A stretch of 32,112 nt of DNA from Clostridiales bacterium (GCA_031285815.1 JAITVM010000075.1:1-32112); one strand, 5' to 3'; shown: positions 1-8,722, counted from the stretch's first letter. The notes: a model not told the origin generated them from the letters alone. Made by a program: numbers and translations.

Positions 1-138
1 CTTTGTAAGCCTGAAAGGCTTAGGTTGTAGAATCTTTTCCATTTTGTACTTGGGGAAGTATAAATATATAAAAAAATAGTCACGTACCAAGCCCGGAGGG
101 TATAACCAACTTGAAAGGCAGGCTCATCTCAAATAACA
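1..138. repeat. Copy A of a 138-bp direct repeat (copy B at 278-415). It starts at the window edge, so it may be truncated.
   Basis: 1-138 and 278-415 align base for base with about 5 mismatches. Both contain the hairpin taagcc-tgaaa-ggctta and the string gtcacgtaccaagcccggagggtataaccaacttgaa. Confidence 0.85.
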
Positions 139-190
139 ACTTATCCCGGAGGGCAGGCCCATCTCAAATAACAACTTATCCCGGAGGGCG
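117..190. repeat. 35-bp tandem repeat, 2 full copies plus a partial one
   Basis: ggcagg(c/t)(t/c)catctcaaataacaacttatcccggag starts at 117 and again at 152 (period 35). A third unit starts at 187 and diverges into a hairpin plus T8 run (about 186-228). Confidence 0.8.
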
Positions 191-277
191 GGGTGTAAAA
201 ACCTCACCTTCCCTTATATTTTTTTTAAAAAAAGGATGCATCCAAAAGTTCCGAAATTGGCTCCTATAATATTGTAT

Positions 278-415
278 CTTTGTAAGCCTGAAAGGCTTAG
301 GTTGTAGAATCTTTTCTATTTTGTACTTGGGGAAGTATAAATCTATAAAAAAATAGTCACGTACCAAGCCCGGAGGGTATAACCAACTTGAAGGGCAGGT
401 CTATCTCAAATAACA
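278..415. repeat. Copy B of the 138-bp direct repeat
   Basis: Near-identical to 1-138. It is followed by degenerate cccgg/ccggg-containing modules up to about 470, abutting the stop of the 475-1092 gene. Confidence 0.85.
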
Positions 416-474
416 GGGCCATCCCGGGGGGCAGGCTCATCTTGAAGGTTCAGCCCATCCGGGATGGCAGTGCC

Positions 475-1092
475 TTATATATAAAGGTTCCAATAGGATT
501 CAAATGTCAACCTTTGAGAATTGTAGATTGTTGACTTGGTACTTGAATTTACAGAGAATTTACCAGCCCCGAAATCTATCCCTAACCCGGTACTATTGTC
601 TTGGTCAGCCATGGCTGTTAAATACCCCCTGCAAGATATAATTAATTTTGTAGGGCTAGCCAGGAAAGCTATTACGGTTGGCTCCCACTTATGCGGGCTC
701 TCACCTATAAACCCTGAACCACTGTTAAGTACTTCTGTAAATTGGCGGAAGCTCCCTCTATTCCATAAGCCAACATAAGCCCAAGTTTTTATTTTTGACC
801 CATCATCGGCTATGGTAGTGATACTGTAATATTTATAAGCAGCAGATGCTCCGCCCCATAAATCAGGCTCTAGCTGGTTTAAAATTTCTTCAGCTTCCTC
901 ATAAGAAACCCTATCGGTTGACATGATGCTTTCTATTACTTCGTTTCTACTAACAAATTTTTCATCATCAGATGATTCTGACATTTCTGTTAACTGATAA
1001 TTGGTTGTTTCCGCAAAAACATAGGGGTTAAAAGAACAGAATACAAATATTAGTGACATTATCGGCGCCATAAATATTTTTGATTTAAACAT
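475..1092 (-). CDS. Secreted hypothetical protein (205 aa) with N-terminal signal peptide
   Basis: Basic N-terminus MFKSK, hydrophobic core MAPIMSLIFVFCSF, and VFA-E cleavage-like site. SD GAGGTGG (rc of 1101-1107) lies 8 nt before the ATG. No family recognised. Confidence 0.7.
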   Translation of the reverse strand: MFKSKIFMAPIMSLIFVFCSFNPYVFAETTNYQLTEMSESSDDEKFVSRNEVIESIMSTDRVSYEEAEEILNQLEPDLWGGASAAYKYYSITTIADDGSKIKTWAYVGLWNRGSFRQFTEVLNSGSGFIGESPHKWEPTVIAFLASPTKLIISCRGYLTAMADQDNSTGLGIDFGAGKFSVNSSTKSTIYNSQRLTFESYWNLYI

Positions 1093-1122
1093 AAATTAGA
1101 CCACCTCATAACAAAATAATTT

Positions 1123-1151
1123 TTACTTCATATAATACCTACAATTATAAT
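1123..1151 (+). promoter_or_regulatory. Candidate sigma-A promoter of the two-component operon
   Basis: TTACTT (1123-1128), 17-nt spacer, TATAAT (1146-1151). Confidence 0.35.
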
Positions 1152-1222
1152 CTATTAGTGCTACAGAAAAAACACATTTTTTGCATAAAATTATTAAAAA
1201 GCGCTTTTTGAAAAGAGGGGTT

Positions 1223-1906
1223 ATGATGTTTAAAATCTTAATTGCTGACGATAACCGCCAAATCGTTTCTATACTGAAGGAATATGCGAAAAAGGAAGGC
1301 TTCTTGGTCTATTGTGCATATGATGGAAGCGAAGCGCTGAAAAAATCGTTATCTATTTCGTTTGATATGATTTTGCTGGATGTGATGATGCCAATAAAAG
1401 ATGGGTTTGAAGTTTGCCGGGAGATACGAAAAAATAGCAGCGTACCAATTATTATGATTACAGCGCGTGGGGAAGATTTTGAACGCATAATGGGGCTTGA
1501 TAATGGTGCGGATGATTATATAGTAAAACCTTTTTCGCCGGCGGAGGTTATGGCCCGGGTCCGGGCGGTACTCCGGAGGATTTCTTTTGATGATAGCCAG
1601 CAACAAATATTTTCTATTGGCAATTTAATTCTTAACTTAGACGAATATATTACAAAGGTCGGCAGCGTAAAAATTGAGCTTACTAAAAAAGAGACTGAAA
1701 TATTATGGATGCTTGCAACTAATAAAAATAAAGTGTTTTCCCGGGATAGCCTTTTAAATAGCTTATGGGGCTATGATTACTATGGCGACACACGCACAGT
1801 CGATTCCCATATTAAGCGCCTGCGTGCAAAGCTGGATACTGTGCCACATGATGAATGGGAAATCAAAACAATCCGGGGTATTGGTTATAAATTCGAAGCG
1901 GGGTGA
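1223..1906 (+). CDS. OmpR/PhoB-family response regulator
   Basis: Receiver domain (ILIADD, LLDVMMP, KPF) plus winged-helix output (TRTVDSHIKRLRAKL). Start moved to the ATG at 1223 because SD AGAGGGG sits just upstream; the ORF-track TTG at 1181 lies in the promoter/leader. Confidence 0.93.
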   Translation: MMFKILIADDNRQIVSILKEYAKKEGFLVYCAYDGSEALKKSLSISFDMILLDVMMPIKDGFEVCREIRKNSSVPIIMITARGEDFERIMGLDNGADDYIVKPFSPAEVMARVRAVLRRISFDDSQQQIFSIGNLILNLDEYITKVGSVKIELTKKETEILWMLATNKNKVFSRDSLLNSLWGYDYYGDTRTVDSHIKRLRAKLDTVPHDEWEIKTIRGIGYKFEAG

Positions 1907-3375
1907 CAAGCTTGAAGAATAAGATTTTATATCGGCTTATATTTTATTTTGTTACTTCGTTTATCGTGTTTGCAGCTGTGATTGGCATAATTTTCACGGT
2001 ATTGTTTTCAACCTACAATATGGATGGCCACAAAAATGAATTGGAACGCCGGGCCAGAAGCATTGCGGAAACTTTGTCCGGCTATTTTGAACCCAGAAAG
2101 CAGGGCGGAAGCAATATGGGGCACGGCAATGGTATGGGTGGTTATGGTGCATACCTACGTTTTATTGAAGGTATTGCTATGAGCGATATTTGGATTGTGG
2201 ATAACAGCTTAGAGCAAATTACATTCGGGCATGGGCAGTCCAATATAAATTTAAAAGATTTGCCAGAAGGCGCAGACCAAACCGTAATGCGTGCTTTTGC
2301 CGGCGAAACATCGGTCAGCGAAAATTTTAGTGTATTTTTAGAGACGCCTACAATTACAGCCGCAACACCAATTACCCTCAGTGATGGCACTGTTGCAGGC
2401 GCTGTCCTTTTGCATTCACAGGTGTCAGATGTTTATAAAGTTACTTCCGGCGGGATTGTAACCTTAATTATCAGTATGGCGGCTGCAGTTTTTATTTCAG
2501 TTTATGTCGCCTTCCTTTTATCATCACATTTCACAAAACCTTTGGCTAAAATGAAAGCCGCCGCTTTAAAGGTTGGCAAAGGGGATTATTCTGTATCAAC
2601 CGGCGTAAAGCAATCTGATGAAATTGGTGAATTGGCTTTGGTAATAGATAATATGGCCAAGAAGCTTGCATTATCGTCAGAAGAAAGTGTGAAGCTTGAA
2701 AACCTCCGGCGTGATTTTATCGCAAATATTTCTCATGAATTACGGACGCCCGTTACAGTAATACGGGGTTCATTGGAAGCTCTATGCGATGGGGTAGTTA
2801 CTGATTCAAAAAAAGTTACTGAATATCATCAGCAAATGTTTTCAGAAAGCCTCTACCTTGAACGTTTGGTTTCTGATTTGCTTGACCTTGCCCGGCTGCA
2901 AAACCCAGATTTTAAAATAGAGGCTCAGGATGTTGACTTTAAAAGCATCATTGAAGATGTAATACGCAGTATGAAAAGGATTGCAGATTCTAAAAATATT
3001 GTATTGGAATTCGCATGTGCCGGTGAAATTTTTATTATCAATGGGGATTATGCCCGGTTACGCCAAATGCTAATTGTTATTTTGGATAACGCCGTTAAAT
3101 TTTCCCCGGAAGGCGAAAGTGTATATATTACCCTAGTCAAAACTGAAACTGAAGTGAAACTTGCAATCCGTGACAAAGGCTGTGGGGTGCCTCCGGAGGA
3201 TGTCCCGCATATTTTTGACAGGTTTTACAAACAACGCTCTGAGAAAAATAAAACCGGTACGGGCCTTGGCCTTGCAATTGCAAAACAAATTGCAGATAGG
3301 CATGGCGCTATAATTGAAGTGGTAAGCGGTAAAGGGAAAGGGTCAGCTTTTGTGGTGACTTTTAAATATTTATAG
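1903..3375 (+). CDS. Sensor histidine kinase (2 TM, extracytoplasmic domain, HAMP, HisKA, HATPase_c)
   Basis: H-box SHELRTP, N-box LDNAVKFSP, G-boxes DKGCGV and GTGLGLAIAK. GTGA start/stop overlap with the regulator. Gly/His/Met-rich stretch GGSNMGHGNGMGGYGAY at the start of the outer domain. Confidence 0.93.
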   Translation: MTSLKNKILYRLIFYFVTSFIVFAAVIGIIFTVLFSTYNMDGHKNELERRARSIAETLSGYFEPRKQGGSNMGHGNGMGGYGAYLRFIEGIAMSDIWIVDNSLEQITFGHGQSNINLKDLPEGADQTVMRAFAGETSVSENFSVFLETPTITAATPITLSDGTVAGAVLLHSQVSDVYKVTSGGIVTLIISMAAAVFISVYVAFLLSSHFTKPLAKMKAAALKVGKGDYSVSTGVKQSDEIGELALVIDNMAKKLALSSEESVKLENLRRDFIANISHELRTPVTVIRGSLEALCDGVVTDSKKVTEYHQQMFSESLYLERLVSDLLDLARLQNPDFKIEAQDVDFKSIIEDVIRSMKRIADSKNIVLEFACAGEIFIINGDYARLRQMLIVILDNAVKFSPEGESVYITLVKTETEVKLAIRDKGCGVPPEDVPHIFDRFYKQRSEKNKTGTGLGLAIAKQIADRHGAIIEVVSGKGKGSAFVVTFKYL

Positions 3376-3391
3376 CAGCCACTTTAATAGA

Positions 3392-3437
3392 ACACAAAAA
3401 ACACATTTTTGACACATTTAGGATTTACAATAATAAT
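3392..3437 (+). promoter_or_regulatory. Promoter of the small secreted protein gene, with three ACACA direct repeats (candidate response-regulator box)
   Basis: ACACA at 3392, 3401 and 3412 (9- and 11-bp spacing). TTGACA at 3409-3414, then a 16-17 nt spacer and TAATAAT. The 15-mer AAAAAACACATTTTT (3396-3410) recurs at 1167-1181, upstream of the regulator gene. Confidence 0.5.
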
Positions 3438-3480
3438 TACAGGGTAGTTGCCCTGAATATTTAATAGGAGTTGTTCTATT

Positions 3481-3834
3481 ATGAAAAAGAAAATTATTGC
3501 AGCAGCCGGAGCAGTAATCTTATGTTTAAGCTTTGCAACAACAGCAATTGCAGCCCCGCTTCGTAACGGTTCATGTGGAGGCACTGGCGTATGCGGCCTC
3601 GGAATCGGAGGCGGTGCTGGCCTTATGCTAGACGCAAACGGAAACTTCCTTGACAGAGAGGCTTTTGAAGATAAATTAGATGCGTTAATCAAAGCAGGTG
3701 TTATCAACGAGGTTGACAGGGGAGCTTACATCGCACAATATGAATGGTGTGCTATTTACGGTATTGGGTCAACAGGTGGAACCCCGGTTGGTGGCGGATG
3801 TGGCGCCGGCCGCGGGGCTGGCTGGAACCGTTAA
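3481..3834 (+). CDS. Small secreted Gly/Cys-rich protein (117 aa), function unknown
   Basis: Signal peptide MKKKIIAAAGAVILCLSFATTAIA-AP. Mature ends are Gly/Cys-rich (SCGGTGVCGLGIGGGAG and GGGCGAGRGAGWNR) around a helical core (REAFEDKLDALIKAGVINEVDRGAYIAQYEW). Has its own promoter and a strong terminator. Confidence 0.8.
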   Translation: MKKKIIAAAGAVILCLSFATTAIAAPLRNGSCGGTGVCGLGIGGGAGLMLDANGNFLDREAFEDKLDALIKAGVINEVDRGAYIAQYEWCAIYGIGSTGGTPVGGGCGAGRGAGWNR

Positions 3835-3850
3835 GTAGATTATATATAAG

Positions 3851-3875
3851 GGGAGTGGGTTTCCACTCCCTTTTT
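3851..3875 (+). terminator. Rho-independent terminator
   Basis: gggagtgg-gttt-ccactccc followed by TTTTT. Confidence 0.85.
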
Positions 3876-3942
3876 GCCTGCAATTTTTTAGTTTTTTAGA
3901 GAAAGCCGATAACACAAAATATTTTTGATTTAATGATAACCT

Positions 3943-5031
3943 TCATTTTACCTTCGGCCGGATTTCCTCCAATAATATCCGCCTGAACTCCTCTTTATTT
4001 TCGAAAAACGGCATATGCCCAACGCCGGGTACAGAATAAATTTGTTTATCTGGCGCGGATATCCCGTCAAAAAATTCTTTTGCCACTATATAAGGGCTGA
4101 TATAGTCATTTCCCCCCATTATGTAGTATACCGGAACCTTATAATCAACCCCGTAATCCTTTATGTCAGCTTCCTCTATCAAAAACTGTAAAAGGCCGCC
4201 CTGGTATCTAATCATCTTCAATTGGTTGAATATACCCGAATGTTTTAGTTCATTGAATGAATAATATGGGGTTGCTAAGATATTAATTATATCTCGGAAA
4301 CCTACATTGATTGAAAGCCCATATTTACTTTGGTATGTCCTAACTGTTATCAAACCGTTTATGCTATTTGAATCATATTTTGTTAATGGGTATGGTTGTA
4401 TTGATTCCAATGCCTTAATGTCTTTTTCATTTCCCGAAGCCTTTGCTGCTTCAAGTACTTTTTCATAGCCAACACGCTCACCATCAGCCATATTAATGAC
4501 CTGTGCTACCCCAATATATGCGCTGTAATCATCTGGAAAGGATTGTACTGCCATAGCCCCTAATACTGACCCCCAGCTATGCCCCATAATAATAATTTTA
4601 TCTTTGTTAAGTTTTTGCTTCACATATTCTGTAACCTCGTGAGCGTCTTTTAATACACGTTCCACATCAATTGTTTTTAAAACAGCTTCAGGGCTGTTTG
4701 CTGTATAAGTTTTGCCTACATTACGTTGATCCCAATTTACAATAGTAAAATCATTTTCCCAATCATACTGGTATAGGTGCAAATACTGGATCATCGAATT
4801 ACCAGGGCCGCCATGTATAAATAGGATAACCGGGTTTTCTATGTTTTGCCCACGAAAATATAACGACTGTTGTATGCCTCCGATACCTACCATTTCCATT
4901 TGGTCGATACCTGGGGCTTTGATTTTATGGTTTGCCCGCATGATTGCAGGGGCTATCAGCCGCAAACCGGCTAACACCAATAAAATAATTAAAATTAATG
5001 AGCAAAATATTATGATAAATATTTTCAGCAC
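3943..5031 (-). CDS. Membrane-anchored alpha/beta hydrolase (prolyl aminopeptidase-like)
   Basis: N-terminal TM helix, HGGPG oxyanion motif, GHSWGS nucleophile elbow, C-terminal GVGHMP histidine. Confidence 0.85.
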   Translation of the reverse strand: MLKIFIIIFCSLILIILLVLAGLRLIAPAIMRANHKIKAPGIDQMEMVGIGGIQQSLYFRGQNIENPVILFIHGGPGNSMIQYLHLYQYDWENDFTIVNWDQRNVGKTYTANSPEAVLKTIDVERVLKDAHEVTEYVKQKLNKDKIIIMGHSWGSVLGAMAVQSFPDDYSAYIGVAQVINMADGERVGYEKVLEAAKASGNEKDIKALESIQPYPLTKYDSNSINGLITVRTYQSKYGLSINVGFRDIINILATPYYSFNELKHSGIFNQLKMIRYQGGLLQFLIEEADIKDYGVDYKVPVYYIMGGNDYISPYIVAKEFFDGISAPDKQIYSVPGVGHMPFFENKEEFRRILLEEIRPKVK

Positions 5032-5069
5032 CCTCTTTTTTATATTTTTTTATTTTTGTACAGAGAAAT

Positions 5070-5201
5070 TTAGAAAAGGCTAGACCGGTATTTTATATAG
5101 GTTTCGTTGTTATCATTCCCCAATGAGAGTTTTACACTGTTGTCCGGCTTAAGTAAAAGAATAGTTTTGTATATATCCCCACCAGAATCTACTTTGAGCA
5201 T
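5070..5201 (-). CDS. Possible 43-aa small ORF just upstream of the hydrolase gene
   Basis: Hand translation gives MLKVDSGGDIYKTILLLKPDNSVKLSLGNDNNETYIKYRSSLF. AGAGGG lies 9 nt before the ATG. The ORF ends 38 nt before the hydrolase start. It is below the ORF-track cutoff and has no homology support. Confidence 0.2.
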   Translation of the reverse strand: MLKVDSGGDIYKTILLLKPDNSVKLSLGNDNNETYIKYRSSLF

Positions 5202-5390
5202 ATTATATACCCTCTGTTTTCCAGTTTCAATAAATCTATGGATAACAAAACCAGATTTTTTGATTCAGGTAACAATAGCCATTTTTATATTTAATAAAAA
5301 GCCGGGTAATTACGATAAATTTAATATAACTTATTATTCTTAGTTATGAATTAGTTTTAAATTTAATTAAGATAGTGGGGTATTTAAATA

Positions 5391-6103
5391 ATGTCGAAAC
5401 TAGAGGAGTTTCAATTTAATTATATCAAAAAGTTACGTTTTGCTATTCCATCTTCAATTATAATCCATTATATTGTCTGTTTTGCTTTAGGGAATATTAT
5501 TGGAGAAAGCTATTTGCCAATAACGCATGCTTCTGATTTGTATAAATGGGTTTATCCATATCTAGGTGGTTCAAGTGTGGCAATAGGTTTTGTGATTTTT
5601 TTTATTGTTCGATTTTAATAATAAAAAATACAAATTTTATGACTATCCCAGACCTAAAATACGTAATCACCACCATAATGTTTTTTACTTTTGGTTTTTA
5701 CATATTTAAATCTTTTGTTAATTTTACGATTGAAGAAGATTTGGTAAAATGTATTTATATAGCAAAAGATTATATGGATATTAATGATCCAAATAATCTC
5801 TTCGTGCCGGAAAAACAATATAACAAAGCTATGAAAATAATAAATATGTCTTTTTTCATTTATTCTATTTATTACAATTTTATTTTCATGATATTCCCTT
5901 TTATAAAAAATGAAAGTTTTATTACGGATGGCGAACAGAACAGTGTAAATAAATATAAAGAGTTTGATGATATATATTTTCCTGATGAAAAAGCAGATAT
6001 TGAAGAAGATTTTGAGGAAGAAGAAAATGCAATTCCTTTCGATGAAATGTATCCTCAAGAATTCCATAACGATAATTTGAACGATGTAGTTAATAGGATT
6101 TAG
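5391..6103 (+). pseudogene. Frameshifted paralogue of the 6125-6850 membrane-protein gene (split into ORFs 5391-5618 and 5546-6103)
   Basis: Frame 1 ends ...VAIGFVIFFIVRF*. Frame 2 continues FFYCSILIIKNTNFMTIPDLKYVI, aligning with FVIFCYCFILRSKNENFKAFLDIKYIV of the neighbour. The switch maps to the T8 run at 5596-5603; T9 would restore one 237-aa ORF. Confidence 0.75.
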
Positions 6104-6124
6104 TTAAGATAGTGGGGTGCCTAA

Positions 6125-6850
6125 ATGGTTCCAAGGTCTAAAGCTTTTGAAATTAGTTATATGAAGAAGGTTGCTTTAGCAAGTTCGATTTCAGTTGCCA
6201 TTAATAATGTTTTTCGTATTATTTTAAATGACATTATAGGAAGGCAGTATCTATTATCGCATGACAGAATGATGTTGAGAAGAAATGGTTATGCAGAGTT
6301 AACTATAGGAAATATTTTAATATTCTTTGTTATTTTTTGTTACTGTTTTATTTTAAGGAGTAAGAACGAAAATTTTAAAGCCTTCCTTGATATAAAATAT
6401 ATTGTTACATCTATAATATTTTTTGTTTTTGCTTTTTATATATTTAACGCTATGTTAAATTATTCATTTACCAAATATATAATGAGATATATTATTTCTG
6501 CTAAAGGGCATTTGATTATAGATAACTCAAATATTAATTTTGTGCCAGAACTTCAATTCAATAAAGCTATTAACTTAATGAAATTTTTTTATTTTTTTTA
6601 TTTTGCTTACTACAATTTATTTTTTATGATATTTCCTTCATTTACTAAAGAAAGTTTTATTATGGATGATGAGTTGGATAATTTGGACAAACCCGAAGAA
6701 TACAATAGTACATATTATGATTATGAAAATTTAGATGAAGAAAATAACTCATATGAAAAAGAGAATTTATATGAAGAGGAAGAAAAGGCGCCACGTTTTG
6801 ATGAAATGCATCCACCAACATTTAAGCCTGATAAAAAAGATGGTTTTTAA
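6125..6850 (+). CDS. Hypothetical multi-pass membrane protein with acidic C-terminal tail (241 aa)
   Basis: About 4 hydrophobic segments and a D/E/Y/N-rich tail. Shares the upstream string ttaagatagtggggt and the C-terminal motif P-x-FDEM-x-P with the upstream paralogue. Confidence 0.7.
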   Translation: MVPRSKAFEISYMKKVALASSISVAINNVFRIILNDIIGRQYLLSHDRMMLRRNGYAELTIGNILIFFVIFCYCFILRSKNENFKAFLDIKYIVTSIIFFVFAFYIFNAMLNYSFTKYIMRYIISAKGHLIIDNSNINFVPELQFNKAINLMKFFYFFYFAYYNLFFMIFPSFTKESFIMDDELDNLDKPEEYNSTYYDYENLDEENNSYEKENLYEEEEKAPRFDEMHPPTFKPDKKDGF

Positions 6851-6930
6851 CAACTATTTATTTAAAATTAATTCATAACAAAAGGGGCTATCTCGCATAT
6901 CAAGACAGCCCCAGGTAACAATTTTAAATT

Positions 6931-8370
6931 CTATTCTGGCGAATAAAGTTTTTCTACCGAACCTTCCCAATCATTCCGGAAATCATCCCAATCTAAACTA
7001 TACTGTTCCAAATACCCCTGTATATCTTCTTTGCTAAAATAGAACCCAGAATTATATGCGGATTTATCTAATTCGTTGCCGCTTGGTGTATCGCGGAAAG
7101 AAAATTTAACATATTCCAAATTTTCGATAAGCGAAAATAATATAGCTGTGTTCTTTGGCGCAAGGGTAATATCATTTGAGTATTCTTGTACGCCATCATT
7201 TTCATAATAAAGCGTAAGCGTATTTAATGTATTTGTATTTAGTGAATTTATAAAGTTATCGCCAATAGAGAAAAAACGCTGCTTCTGGTATTCATTTAAT
7301 ATAGGCAGTGAATTTATGATTTTACCTACAATAGAATTATTACCAACATAAGGGGTGGGTTCTAATGATAAAATTGATTCTGGCGCTGGCCCGGCATACC
7401 CTTCATTTATATTTCTAAACTTGCTGGGGCGGTTTGTAGCAAAACCTACACTTAAAAGTATAACTAAAATAGACCCAACTATTATCGTAATATTTTTTGG
7501 TTTTTTAAATTTCATAATATTCTTAACCCTTTCTTTAATACATCCCCCATCAAAAGCCAGAGGGCCGCCACTAATTATATTTTTGCTGGTGGCTAAATTT
7601 AACAGTAGCATAGAATAATTCTTTTTTATTTCGCCGCCCATTTCTATTAACACGCGCTCATCGCAAGACATTTCCATATCCCTGTTCATGAGTACAAACG
7701 CCAGCCATACAAACGGGTTAAACCAATGCAGGCATAATATAAAATAAATAATAAGTTTGACAATATGGTCATGCCGGCGCAAATGTGCCTGTTCATGTAA
7801 AATGATATACTCATGCCCATCGCCTGGTAGCCCGGCCGGGATATAAATTTTGGGTTTAATTATGCCCAATAAAAATGGGGACCGGATACAATTAGATTCA
7901 TAAATATTATTTTTAACAGGCTTTGACAGCTTCAATTTATGCTTGATAATTAAGTATGATGCAATAGCATAGATAGATAACAAAACAGTACCCAATACCC
8001 AAATAAGGGAGCCAATAAAAATCCAAATTTGCAAAGGGTTAGCACTTGCGTATGGGGTAGCCGCAGGGAGTATAGGGCCCACAGAATCATTAATAAATTT
8101 AATTCCGCTGTCTATATGGGGTGATGCCTGAAAAGCTATATCAGATGGTATTATTGACGCATTAAATGGCAGCAGGCTAAAAATACTTTCTAAACTAAAC
8201 GGGATAATTAACCGGGCCCAGGCTATTGACCAAAGCATATAAGAAATAATTTTTGGCTGCCCTTTTAAAAATTTACGGATAAAACAAATTGCTAAAATAA
8301 TAAATGAGCCGGTAAAACTCATATTTAATACAGCCAAAAATATATTACCCATTGGAAACGCCCCCGTCAT
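6931..8370 (-). CDS. BlaR1/MecR1-like M56 metallopeptidase signal transducer with a non-PBP C-terminal sensor domain
   Basis: Multi-TM N-terminal half with HEQAH zinc motif (aa 192-196). The C-terminal domain of about 170 aa (YVGNNSIVGKIINSLP...LEYVKFSF) lacks SxxK/PBP motifs. An alternative start at 8352 reduces the overlap with blaI-like. Confidence 0.85.
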   Translation of the reverse strand: MTGAFPMGNIFLAVLNMSFTGSFIILAICFIRKFLKGQPKIISYMLWSIAWARLIIPFSLESIFSLLPFNASIIPSDIAFQASPHIDSGIKFINDSVGPILPAATPYASANPLQIWIFIGSLIWVLGTVLLSIYAIASYLIIKHKLKLSKPVKNNIYESNCIRSPFLLGIIKPKIYIPAGLPGDGHEYIILHEQAHLRRHDHIVKLIIYFILCLHWFNPFVWLAFVLMNRDMEMSCDERVLIEMGGEIKKNYSMLLLNLATSKNIISGGPLAFDGGCIKERVKNIMKFKKPKNITIIVGSILVILLSVGFATNRPSKFRNINEGYAGPAPESILSLEPTPYVGNNSIVGKIINSLPILNEYQKQRFFSIGDNFINSLNTNTLNTLTLYYENDGVQEYSNDITLAPKNTAILFSLIENLEYVKFSFRDTPSGNELDKSAYNSGFYFSKEDIQGYLEQYSLDWDDFRNDWEGSVEKLYSPE

Positions 8371-8722
8371 GGCCTTCGATAATTTGCCTTAATTCTTCAG
8401 CCTGGCTTTGGGACAATTTTTTATTTCCTATAAATGACGCAAGGAATAAAGGCAAGGACCCGCCAAATGTATCTTCAACAAAGCTCCGGCTTTGGCCTGC
8501 AAAATATTCTTCACGCATCATAATGGCGGAGACAATAGAATTATTATTTTGGATAACCCCCTTGTTACATACCCTTTTTAAAATAGTGTATGTGGTAGTG
8601 CGTTTCCAGCCGAGAAGCTTTTCTGCCGCCTTTATAAGCTCCGCAGAAGTTACTGGCCCATCCGCCCAAATAATATCCGCAAGCTTTAATTCCGATTTAG
8701 ATAGTTTTTGAATTTCTGGCAT
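8345..8722 (-). CDS. BlaI/MecI/CopY-family transcriptional repressor
   Basis: 125 aa. Winged-helix N-terminus (SELKLADIIWADGPVTSAELIK...WKRTTTYTILKRVCNKG). SD AAGGAGGTG. Overlaps the M56 gene. Confidence 0.9.
   Translation of the reverse strand: MPEIQKLSKSELKLADIIWADGPVTSAELIKAAEKLLGWKRTTTYTILKRVCNKGVIQNNNSIVSAIMMREEYFAGQSRSFVEDTFGGSLPLFLASFIGNKKLSQSQAEELRQIIEGHDGGVSNG

Noticed and set aside
117-190. Possible CRISPR array because of the 35-bp repeats
   Set aside because: The repeats are contiguous with no spacers. There are only about 2.5 copies and no cas genes in the window.
176-367. 63-aa minus-strand ORF inside the repeat region
   Set aside because: It spans the junction of repeat modules and an A/T homopolymer. 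It has no SD and an implausible composition. The DNA-level repeats explain the open frame.
1-470. Known riboswitch (ZTP, c-di-GMP, guanidine) in the repeat element
   Set aside because: By eye, none of the conserved cores of these classes could be matched. No downstream plus-strand gene exists that it could regulate.
1181-1222. ORF-track TTG start extending the response regulator by 14 aa
   Set aside because: The extension (MHKIIKKRFLKRGV) overlaps the A/T-rich leader motif. The ATG at 1223 has a proper SD, and receiver domains start at MFKILIADD-type sequences.
5107-5343. 78-aa plus-strand ORF in the hydrolase upstream region
   Set aside because: It has a TTG start without an SD, overlaps the equally weak minus-strand small ORF, and lies in AT-rich intergenic DNA. 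It was not reported as a gene.
5202-5390. Degenerate LytTR-like gene remnant upstream of the 43-aa small ORF
   Set aside because: There is only a vague FVIHRFI resemblance to the HRS-x-x-VN motif. The frame is closed by a stop, and the evidence is too weak to call.
8345-8370. 26-nt overlap of the blaI-like and M56 genes as a sign of a frameshift or fusion
   Set aside because: Overlapping repressor and sensor genes are normal for this operon type. An internal ATG at 8352 gives a conventional 8-nt overlap.
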